Counted from the first letter of the stretch, positions 8,682 to 16,419 are shown. The stretch: DNA of 52,382 nucleotides from Tepidisphaeraceae bacterium (GCA_035459845.1 DATHXE010000632.1:1-52382); one strand, 5' to 3'. Program-made: numbers and translations. Notes: a model not told the origin generated them from the sequence alone.

Positions 8682-9992
8682 ATGGCGCGACTCCTCCTCC
8701 TCCTCTCCCTCGCCTTCCTCCTCGGCGCCGGCCGCGTCCAGACGCGCGACGGCAAGTCGCTCGCCGGCGACGTCGCGCTCGACGCGGGTCACGTGGTCGT
8801 CACGGCCGACGGCGCCGCCACGCGCGTGCCGCTCGATCAGATCGCCTCCGCCGAGCTCGCGGTGACGCCACCGCCCAAGATCGAGGTCGCCACCACCGGA
8901 ATGCTGCCGACCGGGTGGAAGAGTCAGGACGTCGGCCGCGTGAAGATCGCCGGCTCGGCCAAGTGCGACTCCGCCGGCCTGTTCACCCTCACCGCGTCCG
9001 GCTGGGGCGCGTTCGGCGGCTCCGACTCGCTCCACTACGCCTACCGCACGCTCGACGGCGACGGCCAGGTCATCGCCCGCGTCGCCGGGCTCGACACCGC
9101 CGCCGGCCCGGTCGTCTCAGGTGTCATGATCCGCCAGTCGACCGCCCCCGACTCGCCGATGGCGGCCGCGTGCCTGTACCCGTCCGGCGACGTCCGCATG
9201 GCCAAGCGGCCGATGGCCCCCTCAAGGCCGTTCCGCAGCGCCGACGAAGTGCCGCCGAAGAACCCGTCGGCGTGGGTCCGCCTGACGCGCAAGGGGACGG
9301 CCGTGGCTGCGTTCCGATCAACCGACGGCAAGTTCTGGGAGCACATCGAGACTCGCCAGATCCCACTGACCGGCCCGGTGCTCGTCGGCGTGTGCGCCTT
9401 CACGACCGGCAACGACTGGATCGGCTCGGCGACGGTCGACTCCGTGCAGATCATCCCCGGCGCGCCCGGCTTCACTTACTTCCCCGGCTCCGACCCGCTC
9501 GCCGCGGGCGTGGTGTTCAAGGACGGCTCGGCGACCGCGTGCGACGTGATCGGCGTCACCCCGACCGTCGTCCGCGCGCTGATCGACGGGCGCGGCGTCG
9601 TCTTCCCGCGCGAGGACGTCGCCCGCATCGTCTACAACCCGATGCCCGCCGACATGCCCGCGCCAGGCGCGCCGTCCGCCCTTCTAGCCGGCGGCGATTT
9701 GTTCGAGGGCGACCTGCTCGACGTCGCCATGGTCGCCCCGGTCTACGGCCAGCCCAAGATCCCCCGCGCCACGTTCCGCTCCGTCCTGTTCGGCAACAAG
9801 ACGTTCGACGCCCAGACGCAAGTCATCGCGATCGACCTCGCGACGGTCACGCCGACGCCAGCCGCGTGGGAATTGCGAACGGCCGACGGATCGATCGTCC
9901 GCGCGCAGAAGATCGCGGTCGACAAGGCCGGGGTCAGGATCGACGACGAACCCGCCCCCCGCCCCGACATCGTCACGATTCGTAAACCGTAG
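8682..9992 (+). CDS. hypothetical secreted protein: central ConA-like/DUF1349-like beta-sandwich flanked by short repeated beta modules
   Basis: The ATG at 8682 gives the signal peptide MARLLLLLSLAFLLGAG. The central segment (GW..QDVG...SGWGAFGGSDSLHYAYRTLDGDGQVIARV...GVMIRQS...WVRLTRKG...STDGKFW) matches a jelly-roll lectin-like pattern. That match is from memory, not a search. Confidence 0.55.
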   Translation: MARLLLLLSLAFLLGAGRVQTRDGKSLAGDVALDAGHVVVTADGAATRVPLDQIASAELAVTPPPKIEVATTGMLPTGWKSQDVGRVKIAGSAKCDSAGLFTLTASGWGAFGGSDSLHYAYRTLDGDGQVIARVAGLDTAAGPVVSGVMIRQSTAPDSPMAAACLYPSGDVRMAKRPMAPSRPFRSADEVPPKNPSAWVRLTRKGTAVAAFRSTDGKFWEHIETRQIPLTGPVLVGVCAFTTGNDWIGSATVDSVQIIPGAPGFTYFPGSDPLAAGVVFKDGSATACDVIGVTPTVVRALIDGRGVVFPREDVARIVYNPMPADMPAPGAPSALLAGGDLFEGDLLDVAMVAPVYGQPKIPRATFRSVLFGNKTFDAQTQVIAIDLATVTPTPAAWELRTADGSIVRAQKIAVDKAGVRIDDEPAPRPDIVTIRKP

Positions 9993-10017
9993 GGGGCACC
10001 GCCCACCGCCCCCGCGG

Positions 10018-10680
10018 TTACTTCGGCAGCCCCACCGTGATCACCTGCTGAGCCGCCAGTACGCGCCCCGTCAGCGAATCGGTGAACGTCACCTTCACCG
10101 TCAACTCCGCGTGCGTCGGCGGCGACTGCCACGGCAGCTTCAGCAGGTAGTTGTACTGAAGCGCCGCCCCGAGCCACTTGGGCCGGGCCTGCTCTGCCGA
10201 CAGCTCCCAGTGTCCGATGCGATTGTTCTCGCCCAGCGCCAGGTCGAACAAATCGACCGTGATCGCGCCGGCCGCCTTCAGCTTCTGCCCCTCGTCGTCG
10301 AGCGGCGTGAGCTGCACTTTGATCCCCTCGTCGCCCGGCTTCTTCGGATCCTCGTCCCAGCCGCCCGTGAGCCGGCCGAGCTCAATCGAGTGCGCGGTGA
10401 ACAGCGCCTGGAGCTGGTTGTGCGGCAGGGTCGCGGTGGTCGAGGATGCGGGCCGGGTCTCCAGCGCGCGGATCGTCGCCGCGTCCGCCTCGCGCTGGCG
10501 GTTCACCGTCTCCAACTGATCGCGGAGTTCCTGATTTTGCTTTCGCAGCTCGATGTTCGCCGCATTGGGACCGCCACACCCGCCGACGAGCCCCGCGATC
10601 GCGACCACGCGCAACGACGCGCGGAGGCGCCGCTTGTCGGGGCGCCTCCGCGCGTCGGGGGTGGGATCGTGGGAAGTCAT
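10018..10680 (-). CDS. hypothetical lipoprotein with an N-terminal coiled coil
   Basis: The ATG at 10680 gives a basic N-terminus followed by the lipobox LVGGC. A heptad-like segment follows (ELRKQNQELRDQLETVNRQ). No family was recognised. Confidence 0.6.
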   Translation of the reverse strand: MTSHDPTPDARRRPDKRRLRASLRVVAIAGLVGGCGGPNAANIELRKQNQELRDQLETVNRQREADAATIRALETRPASSTTATLPHNQLQALFTAHSIELGRLTGGWDEDPKKPGDEGIKVQLTPLDDEGQKLKAAGAITVDLFDLALGENNRIGHWELSAEQARPKWLGAALQYNYLLKLPWQSPPTHAELTVKVTFTDSLTGRVLAAQQVITVGLPK

Positions 10681-10729
10681 GCTCGCAGGACCGTGCCTCA
10701 CTGAAGTGAGCACACCGGTGCAGTCGCGC

Positions 10730-11374
10730 TCAGTCCTTGTCGTCGTCCAAGTCGTCCTTCTTGACGGTCACGGCGCGTTCGGGCGCACGGTCCTGCACCT
10801 TGTCGGCGCACCCGTACTCGACCGCCTCCTCCGCGAACAGCCACTTGTTCCGGTCGAAGTCGCGCTTGATCGTCTCGTAGTCCTTGCTCGTGTACTCGCC
10901 CATCATCTTGTACAGGCGGTCGCGCAGGCGGAGCATGTGCTTGGCCTCGATCCCGAGGTCCGTCGCCTGCCCCTGGAGCACCCCGCCGATCAGCGGCTGG
11001 TGCAGCATGACCTGCGAGTTCGGCAGCACGAACCGCTTGCCCTTCGTGCCCGCCGACAGGAGCACGGCGCCCATCGACGCGGCCATCCCGATGCACGTCG
11101 TCGCCACGTCGCACCGCAGGTGGTGCATCGTGTCGATGATGCCGAACCCGGCCGACACCGACCCGCCCGGCGAGTTCACGTAGAACTGGATGTCCGTCTT
11201 CGGGTCGTCGTTCGACAGGAAGAGGAGCTGCGCGATGATCGCGCCGGCCGAGTCGTCGGTCACCGGGCCGTTGAGCAGGATGATCCGGTCCTTGAGCAGG
11301 CGCGAGTAGATGTCGTACGCGCGCTCGCCGCGACCGGACTTCTCGATGACGATGGGGATCAGCGTGTTTTGCAT
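10730..11374 (-). CDS. clpP: ATP-dependent Clp protease proteolytic subunit (canonical)
   Basis: Contains ERAYDIYSRLLKDRIILL, YVNSPGGSV, GMAASMGA (Ser) and MLHQP (His). The length is the canonical 214 aa. Confidence 0.95.
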   Translation of the reverse strand: MQNTLIPIVIEKSGRGERAYDIYSRLLKDRIILLNGPVTDDSAGAIIAQLLFLSNDDPKTDIQFYVNSPGGSVSAGFGIIDTMHHLRCDVATTCIGMAASMGAVLLSAGTKGKRFVLPNSQVMLHQPLIGGVLQGQATDLGIEAKHMLRLRDRLYKMMGEYTSKDYETIKRDFDRNKWLFAEEAVEYGCADKVQDRAPERAVTVKKDDLDDDKD

Positions 11375-11397
11375 GGAAAAGTTCTCGTTCGCTTACC

Positions 11398-11446
11398 GGT
11401 CTTCTCTGCGGTTTTCTCCGCGTCCTCTGTGCCTCTGCGGTGAGCC
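11398..11446 (-). promoter_or_regulatory. 49-nt CGCAGAG-rich element upstream of clpP (copy X1)
   Basis: The minus strand reads tcaCCGCAGAGgcaCAGAGgaCGCGGAGaaaaCCGCAGAGaagacc, 24-72 nt upstream of the clpP ATG. It is roughly four-fifths identical to 12983-13031. Confidence 0.4.
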
Positions 11447-11449
11447 TGA

Positions 11450-11845
11450 CTAACGCTCCACGATCTGCAGTTCGTTCCCTTCGGGGTCACGGAACGACAC
11501 GATCCGGCCGCCGCCCAGCGCCGTCCCGGGCTCGCCCAGGAACGTCACGCCCGCGGCCAACAACTGCCGGTGCGCCGCGCCGAAGTCGCTCACCCGCAGG
11601 GCCAGGTGCCTCAGCCCCGGGCTAAATCGCGGCATCTCCGCCGGCGATCCGCCCGGCTCGCGCGCCGGCATCAGTTCGATCACCGGCCCGTCGCCTACGC
11701 CGCCGCCGTACCCGACGATCGCCGCCGGCGGCTGCTTTCCGTCCGCCGCGATCACCCGCATCCCGAGCACCCGGCAGTACCACTCGATCTGCGCCGCCGA
11801 GTCGGAACACGCGATCGCGGGATGGTCGATGGCGGTGAAGGGCAT
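11450..11845 (-). CDS. VOC (glyoxalase/bleomycin-resistance/dioxygenase) family protein
   Basis: A 131-aa protein with a paired beta-alpha-beta-beta-beta pattern: IDHPAIACSD...GLRHLALRVSDF...VSFRDPEGNELQIV. Confidence 0.85.
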   Translation of the reverse strand: MPFTAIDHPAIACSDSAAQIEWYCRVLGMRVIAADGKQPPAAIVGYGGGVGDGPVIELMPAREPGGSPAEMPRFSPGLRHLALRVSDFGAAHRQLLAAGVTFLGEPGTALGGGRIVSFRDPEGNELQIVER

Positions 11846-11846
11846 A

Positions 11847-11923
11847 GTCCTGAGTGCTCAGTCCTGAGTCCTGAGATTGCTCCGCCGGCCTTGTCTCAGG
11901 ACTCAGCACTCAGCACTCAGGAC
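11847..11923. repeat. 29-bp-stem hairpin built from CTCAGGA/CTCAGCA heptamers
   Basis: gtcctgagtgctcagtcctgagtcctgag (11847-11875) matches the reverse complement of ctcaggactcagcactcagcactcaggac (11895-11923) at 27 of 29 positions. The loop is 19 nt. Confidence 0.85.
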
Positions 11924-11932
11924 TTTCGTTCG

Positions 11933-12736
11933 CTATTTCGGCTTATTCCCGTCCACGGCCTTCTCCGCCGCCGGCGAGTCCTCGCCCAGCACTTCGTCAC
12001 AGATCCCGTACGCGACGGCCGCCTTCGCGTCGAAGAACCGGTCGCGCTCCGAATCCTCGCGAACCTTGTCGAACGGCTGGCCCGTGCACTGGGCCATGAT
12101 CCCGATGAGCTGGTCCTTGGTCTTGAGGATCTCCTCGGCCTGGATCTCGATGTCCGCGGCCTGGCCGGTGATCCCGCCCAGCGGCTGGTGGATCATGACC
12201 TTGGCCGACGGCAGGATGTACCGCTTGCCCTTCTTGCCCGCCATGAACACGACCGCCCCGCCGCTCTCGGCCCGGCCGATGCAATACGTGGCGATGTCGC
12301 ACGACAGGAACTTCATGATGTCGTACATCGCCAGCGTGTCGTCGACGACCCCGCCCGGCGAGTTGATGTAGAAGTTGATGTCGGCCTCGCGCTTCATGCT
12401 CTGCAGGTAGAGCATCTGCATGATCACCCGCGTCGCCGACGCGTGGTGGATCTCGCCGACAAGGAACACGACGCGGTTCTCGAGCAGCAGCTCCTCGAGC
12501 GTCATCTCGCGGTACCGGTTGTACCCGCCGCCCGGGCCCGGCGCCGCCATCGGCATCATCTGCGGCATCGGTCGGAACAACCCGCCGCCCGGGAACGTGT
12601 CCGAAGCGACCGCGGCCGCCGTCGCGCGAACCGTGTCCGCCGCAGGTCCCCCCTGCCCGGTCACCGAGCCGATGTAGTCCGCCGCCCGCGCGACGGCGCG
12701 GGGGTCAATCGTCTTGAGGTTCAAATCGTGCATCAT
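11933..12736 (-). CDS. clpP: ClpP paralog with an N-terminal extension of about 70 aa
   Basis: Contains YINSPGGVV, GRAESGGA (Ser retained), MIHQP (His) and SERDRFF (Asp). The start is ATGATG at 12736. Alternative internal Met codons lie near 12556-12568. Confidence 0.85.
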   Translation of the reverse strand: MMHDLNLKTIDPRAVARAADYIGSVTGQGGPAADTVRATAAAVASDTFPGGGLFRPMPQMMPMAAPGPGGGYNRYREMTLEELLLENRVVFLVGEIHHASATRVIMQMLYLQSMKREADINFYINSPGGVVDDTLAMYDIMKFLSCDIATYCIGRAESGGAVVFMAGKKGKRYILPSAKVMIHQPLGGITGQAADIEIQAEEILKTKDQLIGIMAQCTGQPFDKVREDSERDRFFDAKAAVAYGICDEVLGEDSPAAEKAVDGNKPK

Positions 12737-12982
12737 TTCCTCTCGTATCGGGTGTCCGGGGGCCCTGCCCGCGTGAACGTAACAGAACCATCCAATCGCG
12801 GCGGATCGTACGCGCGCCCCTACTCAAATTCAATCAACGGGAGGTGCCATGCGCGTGACTGATAATCCCCCGCGCCACAAACAAGCCGGGGGCAGAGTCG
12901 CACGGGCTCCGCCCGAAGCGCCGCCCCGGATCCGCTTCCCTCGGGCAGGCAATACCCTTCCGCGCGACCCTCCAACCTTCTC

Positions 12983-13031
12983 AATCTTCTCTGCGCCCCC
13001 TCCGCGCCCTCTGCGTCTCTGCGGTGAATCC
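12983..13031 (-). promoter_or_regulatory. 49-nt CGCAGAG-rich element (copy X2) between the polyprenyl synthase stop and the clpP paralog
   Basis: Plus strand: aatcttctctgcgccccctccgcgccctctgcgtctctgcggtgaatcc. It aligns with X1 with two single-nucleotide indels. Confidence 0.4.
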
Positions 13032-13047
13032 TCTTCCCCACGACAAC

Positions 13048-14037
13048 TCACATCGGCCGCGTAATCACAAACTCCGCCATCGTGTCCAGCGCCGTCCGCG
13101 CCTCCGACGCCGGCAACTCCGCGATCGCCGACCGCGCCCGGTCCACCTGCGCCCGGGCCGCGTCGCGCGCGTACTGGATCGACCCGCTCGGCGAGATCAA
13201 GTTGCGGATCTTCTCCCCCTTGTCCGGCTCCCGCGACTCCAGGAGGCTCAACAGCAACTGCCGGTGCTCGCGCGGGGCCGTTTTGAGGAAATGGATGATC
13301 GGCAGCGTCAGCTTCCCCTTCTCCACGTCGATGCCCAGCGTCTTGCCGACCGTCGACACGTCGCCCACGAGATCCAGAATGTCGTCCTGGATCTGGAACG
13401 CCACCCCCAGCGCCACGCCGAACGTCTCGAACCGCGCCGCCACCTCGTCCGAAGCGCCCGACAAATGCGCCCCCAGCCGGCAGCAGGCCCCGCACAGGCT
13501 CGCCGTCTTCCGCGCGATGATGTCGAAGTAAACGTCTTCGCTGAGCTGCAAATTGTTCCGGTTGTCGATCTGCAGCAGTTCCCCCTCACACACGACGTTC
13601 GTCGTCCGCGCGATCAGCCGGCTCGCGTACTGGCTGCCCAAACTCGAGCACAGGTGATACGAGTGCGAGATCAGGAAATCGCCCAGCAGGACGGCCGCCT
13701 CGTTGCCGCGCAGGTGGTTGATCGTCGCCCCCTTCCGCCGCAGCTCGGCCTCGTCCAGCACGTCGTCGTGAACGAGCGTGGCCATGTGCACCATCTCGAC
13801 CACCGTCGCGATCGTCACGTGCGCGTCCGTCAGTTCCTTCGCCCCCGCCGCCTTACCCGACAGCAGCACCAAACACGGCCGCAGCATCTTCCCCCGGAAC
13901 CGGCTCACGTGCTTCACCAGGGTGTTCACGCAGTCGAGGTCGGACCGGAGCTCGGCGGCGAACAGCTTGTCGACGGCGACGAGCTGCGGGGCGATGCACT
14001 CGGTCAGGGCGGCCAAAGCGGGCGTTGTGGTGTTCAT
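13048..14037 (-). CDS. all-trans polyprenyl diphosphate synthase (long-chain, IspB-like)
   Basis: Both Asp-rich motifs are present: LVHDDVLDEAELRRG and FQIQDDILD. The true start is ATG at 14037 (MNTTTPALAAL). The track ORF extends further upstream only by running through the palindromic repeat. Confidence 0.9.
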   Translation of the reverse strand: MNTTTPALAALTECIAPQLVAVDKLFAAELRSDLDCVNTLVKHVSRFRGKMLRPCLVLLSGKAAGAKELTDAHVTIATVVEMVHMATLVHDDVLDEAELRRKGATINHLRGNEAAVLLGDFLISHSYHLCSSLGSQYASRLIARTTNVVCEGELLQIDNRNNLQLSEDVYFDIIARKTASLCGACCRLGAHLSGASDEVAARFETFGVALGVAFQIQDDILDLVGDVSTVGKTLGIDVEKGKLTLPIIHFLKTAPREHRQLLLSLLESREPDKGEKIRNLISPSGSIQYARDAARAQVDRARSAIAELPASEARTALDTMAEFVITRPM

Positions 14038-14166
14038 CGGATGTCCTATCGCGGCCAGCTCCTCGCCAACCGCGACGGATTCTATTGATCCGTTCCGACG
14101 ACCGCACGAACCTTCCATAGCTTTCGGAGAATATGAAAACTCGATCTGTTCGATTCGCGGATGTCC

Positions 14167-14350
14167 GGGTGCCATGCCCTCGCACCGCGCCGACCGGTGC
14201 GGATCGCGCGCGACCGTTGTCCGCGGGGCGTGGGCATGCCCCAACGGCGTTCGATTTCTGGAAGCGTGAGCCTCTGGGGCATGCCCACGCCCCGCGACGG
14301 CGCAAGTGCGCGAATCAAGTCGCTCGGCGCGGTGCGAGGGCATGGCACCC
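14167..14350. repeat. nested palindromic element (outer arms about 28 bp, inner arms 22 bp perfect) in the divergent ispB-like/mgtE intergenic region
   Basis: Outer arms 14167-14194 and 14319-14350 pair apart from a 3-nt insertion. Inner arms cgcggggcgtgggcatgcccca (14222-14243) and tggggcatgcccacgccccgcg (14275-14296) are perfect reverse complements. Confidence 0.8.
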
Positions 14351-14450
14351 GATCGCGCGCGGCTCGGACGGAGTCTTGCCCGCCTCGCCCTCCCCCGTCT
14401 GCCGCCGGCGGCTATGATGGGGGGACCTCCCGTTAGACGATACCCAACGC

Positions 14451-16103
14451 ATGCCGCCACCGCCGACCGAGGATGACCGTCCGTTGCCCGCCGCGGAGGC
14501 CGATGCGCCGGCCGAGGCGGAGCAGCGCGCCGCGACGACGGCGGAGGTGGTGGAGTCGGCGACCGCGGACAACCCCGGCGGCGTGGCGATGCGGATCGAG
14601 GAACTCCCCGCCGCCGACGGCGCGGACGTGCTCCGGCAGCTCCCGAGCGAGCTGTCGGCCGACGTGGCCGAGTACCTGGACCCGGAGACGGCCGCGCGAA
14701 TCTTGTCGGAAATGGACCCGACGCTCGCAGCGACGGTCGTGACGGACATGGAGGTGCCCGAGGCGTCGCTGGTCCTGGAGTACATGGACCCGGACGACCG
14801 GGTCGACATCCTGGGGCACGTCCCCAAGCCCCGGCACGACGAGCTGGTCGACGAGATGGCCGCTCTTGAGGCGGCCGAGACGCGCAGCCTCGAGCAGTAC
14901 CCGCCCGACACGGCCGGCGGGATCATGACGACCGACGTCACGGCCCTGACCGAGGACCTGACGGTCGAGCAGGCAATCGCCGAGCTTCGGCGGATGTCCG
15001 AGGAGCTCGAGCAGATGTACTACGTGTACGTGGTCGACAAGCGCGGGCACCTGCTCGGCGTGCTGTCGATGCGCGACCTGATCCTGGCCAAGCCCCACCG
15101 CAAGCTGGGCGAGATCATGATCGCCAACGTCTCGGCCCTGTCGGCCACGACGGACCAGGAGGAGGTCGCCAACCTCTTCGACCGCCACGGGTACATGGCC
15201 ATGCCCGTGGTCGACGCGCGGAACCGGCTGATCGGCCTGATCACGGTCGACGACGTGGTGGACGTGATCCGCGAGGAGGCGACGGAGGACGTGCAGCGGA
15301 TGTTCGGCGCCGGCGCCGAGGAGCGGCTGACCAGCTCGTGGCGGTTCAGCTTCAAGATGCGCGTGTGGTGGCTGGTGGTGAACCTGGCGACCGCGTTCAT
15401 GGCCGGGGCGATGGTGGGGGCGTTCGAAGAGACGCTGAGCAAGCTGACGCTGCTGGCGATCTACATGCCGATCGTCGCGGGCATGGGCGGGAACGCGTCG
15501 GCCCAGGCGATGGCGGTGACGATCCGCGGGCTGGCGACCGGGCGGGTCGACCGCGCGCTGCTCCGGCACGTGATCCGGCGCGAGATCGCCGTCGGCATCA
15601 TGACCGGGATCGTGTGCGGGGTGATCACCGCGTGCGTCGCCCTGCTGTGGCACCACTCGCAGGCGGGGTGGAAGGCGAGCGCGGCGCTGGGCGCGGTGGT
15701 CGGGCTGGCGCTGATCCTGAATCACACGCTGGCGTGCGCGAGCGGGGCGTCGATCCCATTCATCATGAAAAAGCTGGGGTTCGACCCGGCCCAGAGCGCG
15801 ACGATCTTCGCGACGACCGTGACGGACGTCGGCGGGTTCTTCGGGCTGTTCATGCTGGCCAGGGCGTTCATGGGGTGGATGGTGCCGGGCGCCACGTATG
15901 GTGGGCTATGCCCACCGATTCCCGCTCATCGCACCGATGGCCAACGCTTCTCGCGCGATCGGCGGGCGAAGCCCACCCTAACGGTGCCCGTTGAGCGCGT
16001 TCCGCCTGATCTCGGCCAGGAGCTGGTCGGGGTCGAACGGTTTGGTCAGGTACCCGACCGCCCCCGCCGATTTCCCCTGCGCGCGGTGCTCATCGCGGTC
16101 TAA
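14451..16103 (+). CDS. mgtE: magnesium transporter MgtE
   Basis: Has an MgtE N-domain, CBS pair and TM domain with YMPIVAGMGGNASAQAMAVTIRGLATG and IFATTVTDVGGFFGLF. A tail of about 70 aa follows the last TM and runs into the convergent gene. Confidence 0.9.
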   Translation: MPPPPTEDDRPLPAAEADAPAEAEQRAATTAEVVESATADNPGGVAMRIEELPAADGADVLRQLPSELSADVAEYLDPETAARILSEMDPTLAATVVTDMEVPEASLVLEYMDPDDRVDILGHVPKPRHDELVDEMAALEAAETRSLEQYPPDTAGGIMTTDVTALTEDLTVEQAIAELRRMSEELEQMYYVYVVDKRGHLLGVLSMRDLILAKPHRKLGEIMIANVSALSATTDQEEVANLFDRHGYMAMPVVDARNRLIGLITVDDVVDVIREEATEDVQRMFGAGAEERLTSSWRFSFKMRVWWLVVNLATAFMAGAMVGAFEETLSKLTLLAIYMPIVAGMGGNASAQAMAVTIRGLATGRVDRALLRHVIRREIAVGIMTGIVCGVITACVALLWHHSQAGWKASAALGAVVGLALILNHTLACASGASIPFIMKKLGFDPAQSATIFATTVTDVGGFFGLFMLARAFMGWMVPGATYGGLCPPIPAHRTDGQRFSRDRRAKPTLTVPVERVPPDLGQELVGVERFGQVPDRPRRFPLRAVLIAV

Positions 16104-16364
16104 TGCGGTCAGCATGACGATGGGGATCTCGCGCGTGCCGGCCTCGGCCTTGAGCCGGCGGGCGACCTCGAACCCGTCGAAGTCGGGCAACATCACGTCG
16201 AGCACGATCAGCGCCGGGTGCGTGGCGATCGCCCGCTCGACGGCCTCACCGCCCGAGAGCGCGCGCTCGTACCCGTACCCCGCGATCTGCACGTAGGCCC
16301 CTACGAGTTCGTTGATCTCCGGATCGTCCTCGACGACCAGCACCGGACGGGCTTGAGTCGGCAT
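15978..16364 (-). CDS. single-domain response regulator (CheY-like receiver)
   Basis: Contains VLVVEDDPEI, LIVLDVMLPDFDG, IPIVMLTA and YLTKPF. The ATG at 16364 is preferred over the track start. Confidence 0.85.
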   Translation of the reverse strand: MPTQARPVLVVEDDPEINELVGAYVQIAGYGYERALSGGEAVERAIATHPALIVLDVMLPDFDGFEVARRLKAEAGTREIPIVMLTALDRDEHRAQGKSAGAVGYLTKPFDPDQLLAEIRRNALNGHR

Positions 16365-16392
16365 GCAACTGATTCCTCGTTTCGCCGTGCGG

Positions 16393-16419
16393 ATTATATT
16401 CATAGAATCCGTCTGGCAA
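16393..16419 (-). promoter_or_regulatory. candidate sigma70-like promoter for the receiver gene
   Basis: The minus strand reads TTGCCA, 15 nt, TATAAT, then about 28 nt including GAGGA before the ATG at 16364. The spacer is shorter than the optimum, and planctomycete promoter rules are poorly known. Confidence 0.3.

Noticed and set aside
9992-10013. A GGGGGC...GCCCCC hairpin between the convergent genes at 9992 and 10018, as a terminator.
   Set aside because: It has only a 6-bp stem with a 10-nt loop and no flanking T-run. It is plausible but too weak to report as a feature.
11847-11923. The heptamer and octamer tandem repeats as CRISPR arrays or coding tandem repeats.
   Set aside because: The units are 7-8 nt with no spacers, the arrays are only 3-4 units long and arranged as inverted arms, and no cas genes are present.
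14100-14450. A possible Mg-sensing (M-box-like) riboswitch in the mgtE leader.
   Set aside because: I could not recognise M-box conserved blocks. The region is dominated by perfectly symmetrical DNA palindromes that also occur at the mgtE 3' end. That points to a repeat family; a covariance-model search is needed to exclude a riboswitch formally.
14038-14460. The N-terminal extension of the polyprenyl synthase ORF (track start 14460), plus small ORFs at 14082-14436.
   Set aside because: These frames are read through the nested palindromic repeat, giving peptides such as GHAHAP and RGHGTR in several frames. Homology to polyprenyl synthases begins at the Met at 14037.
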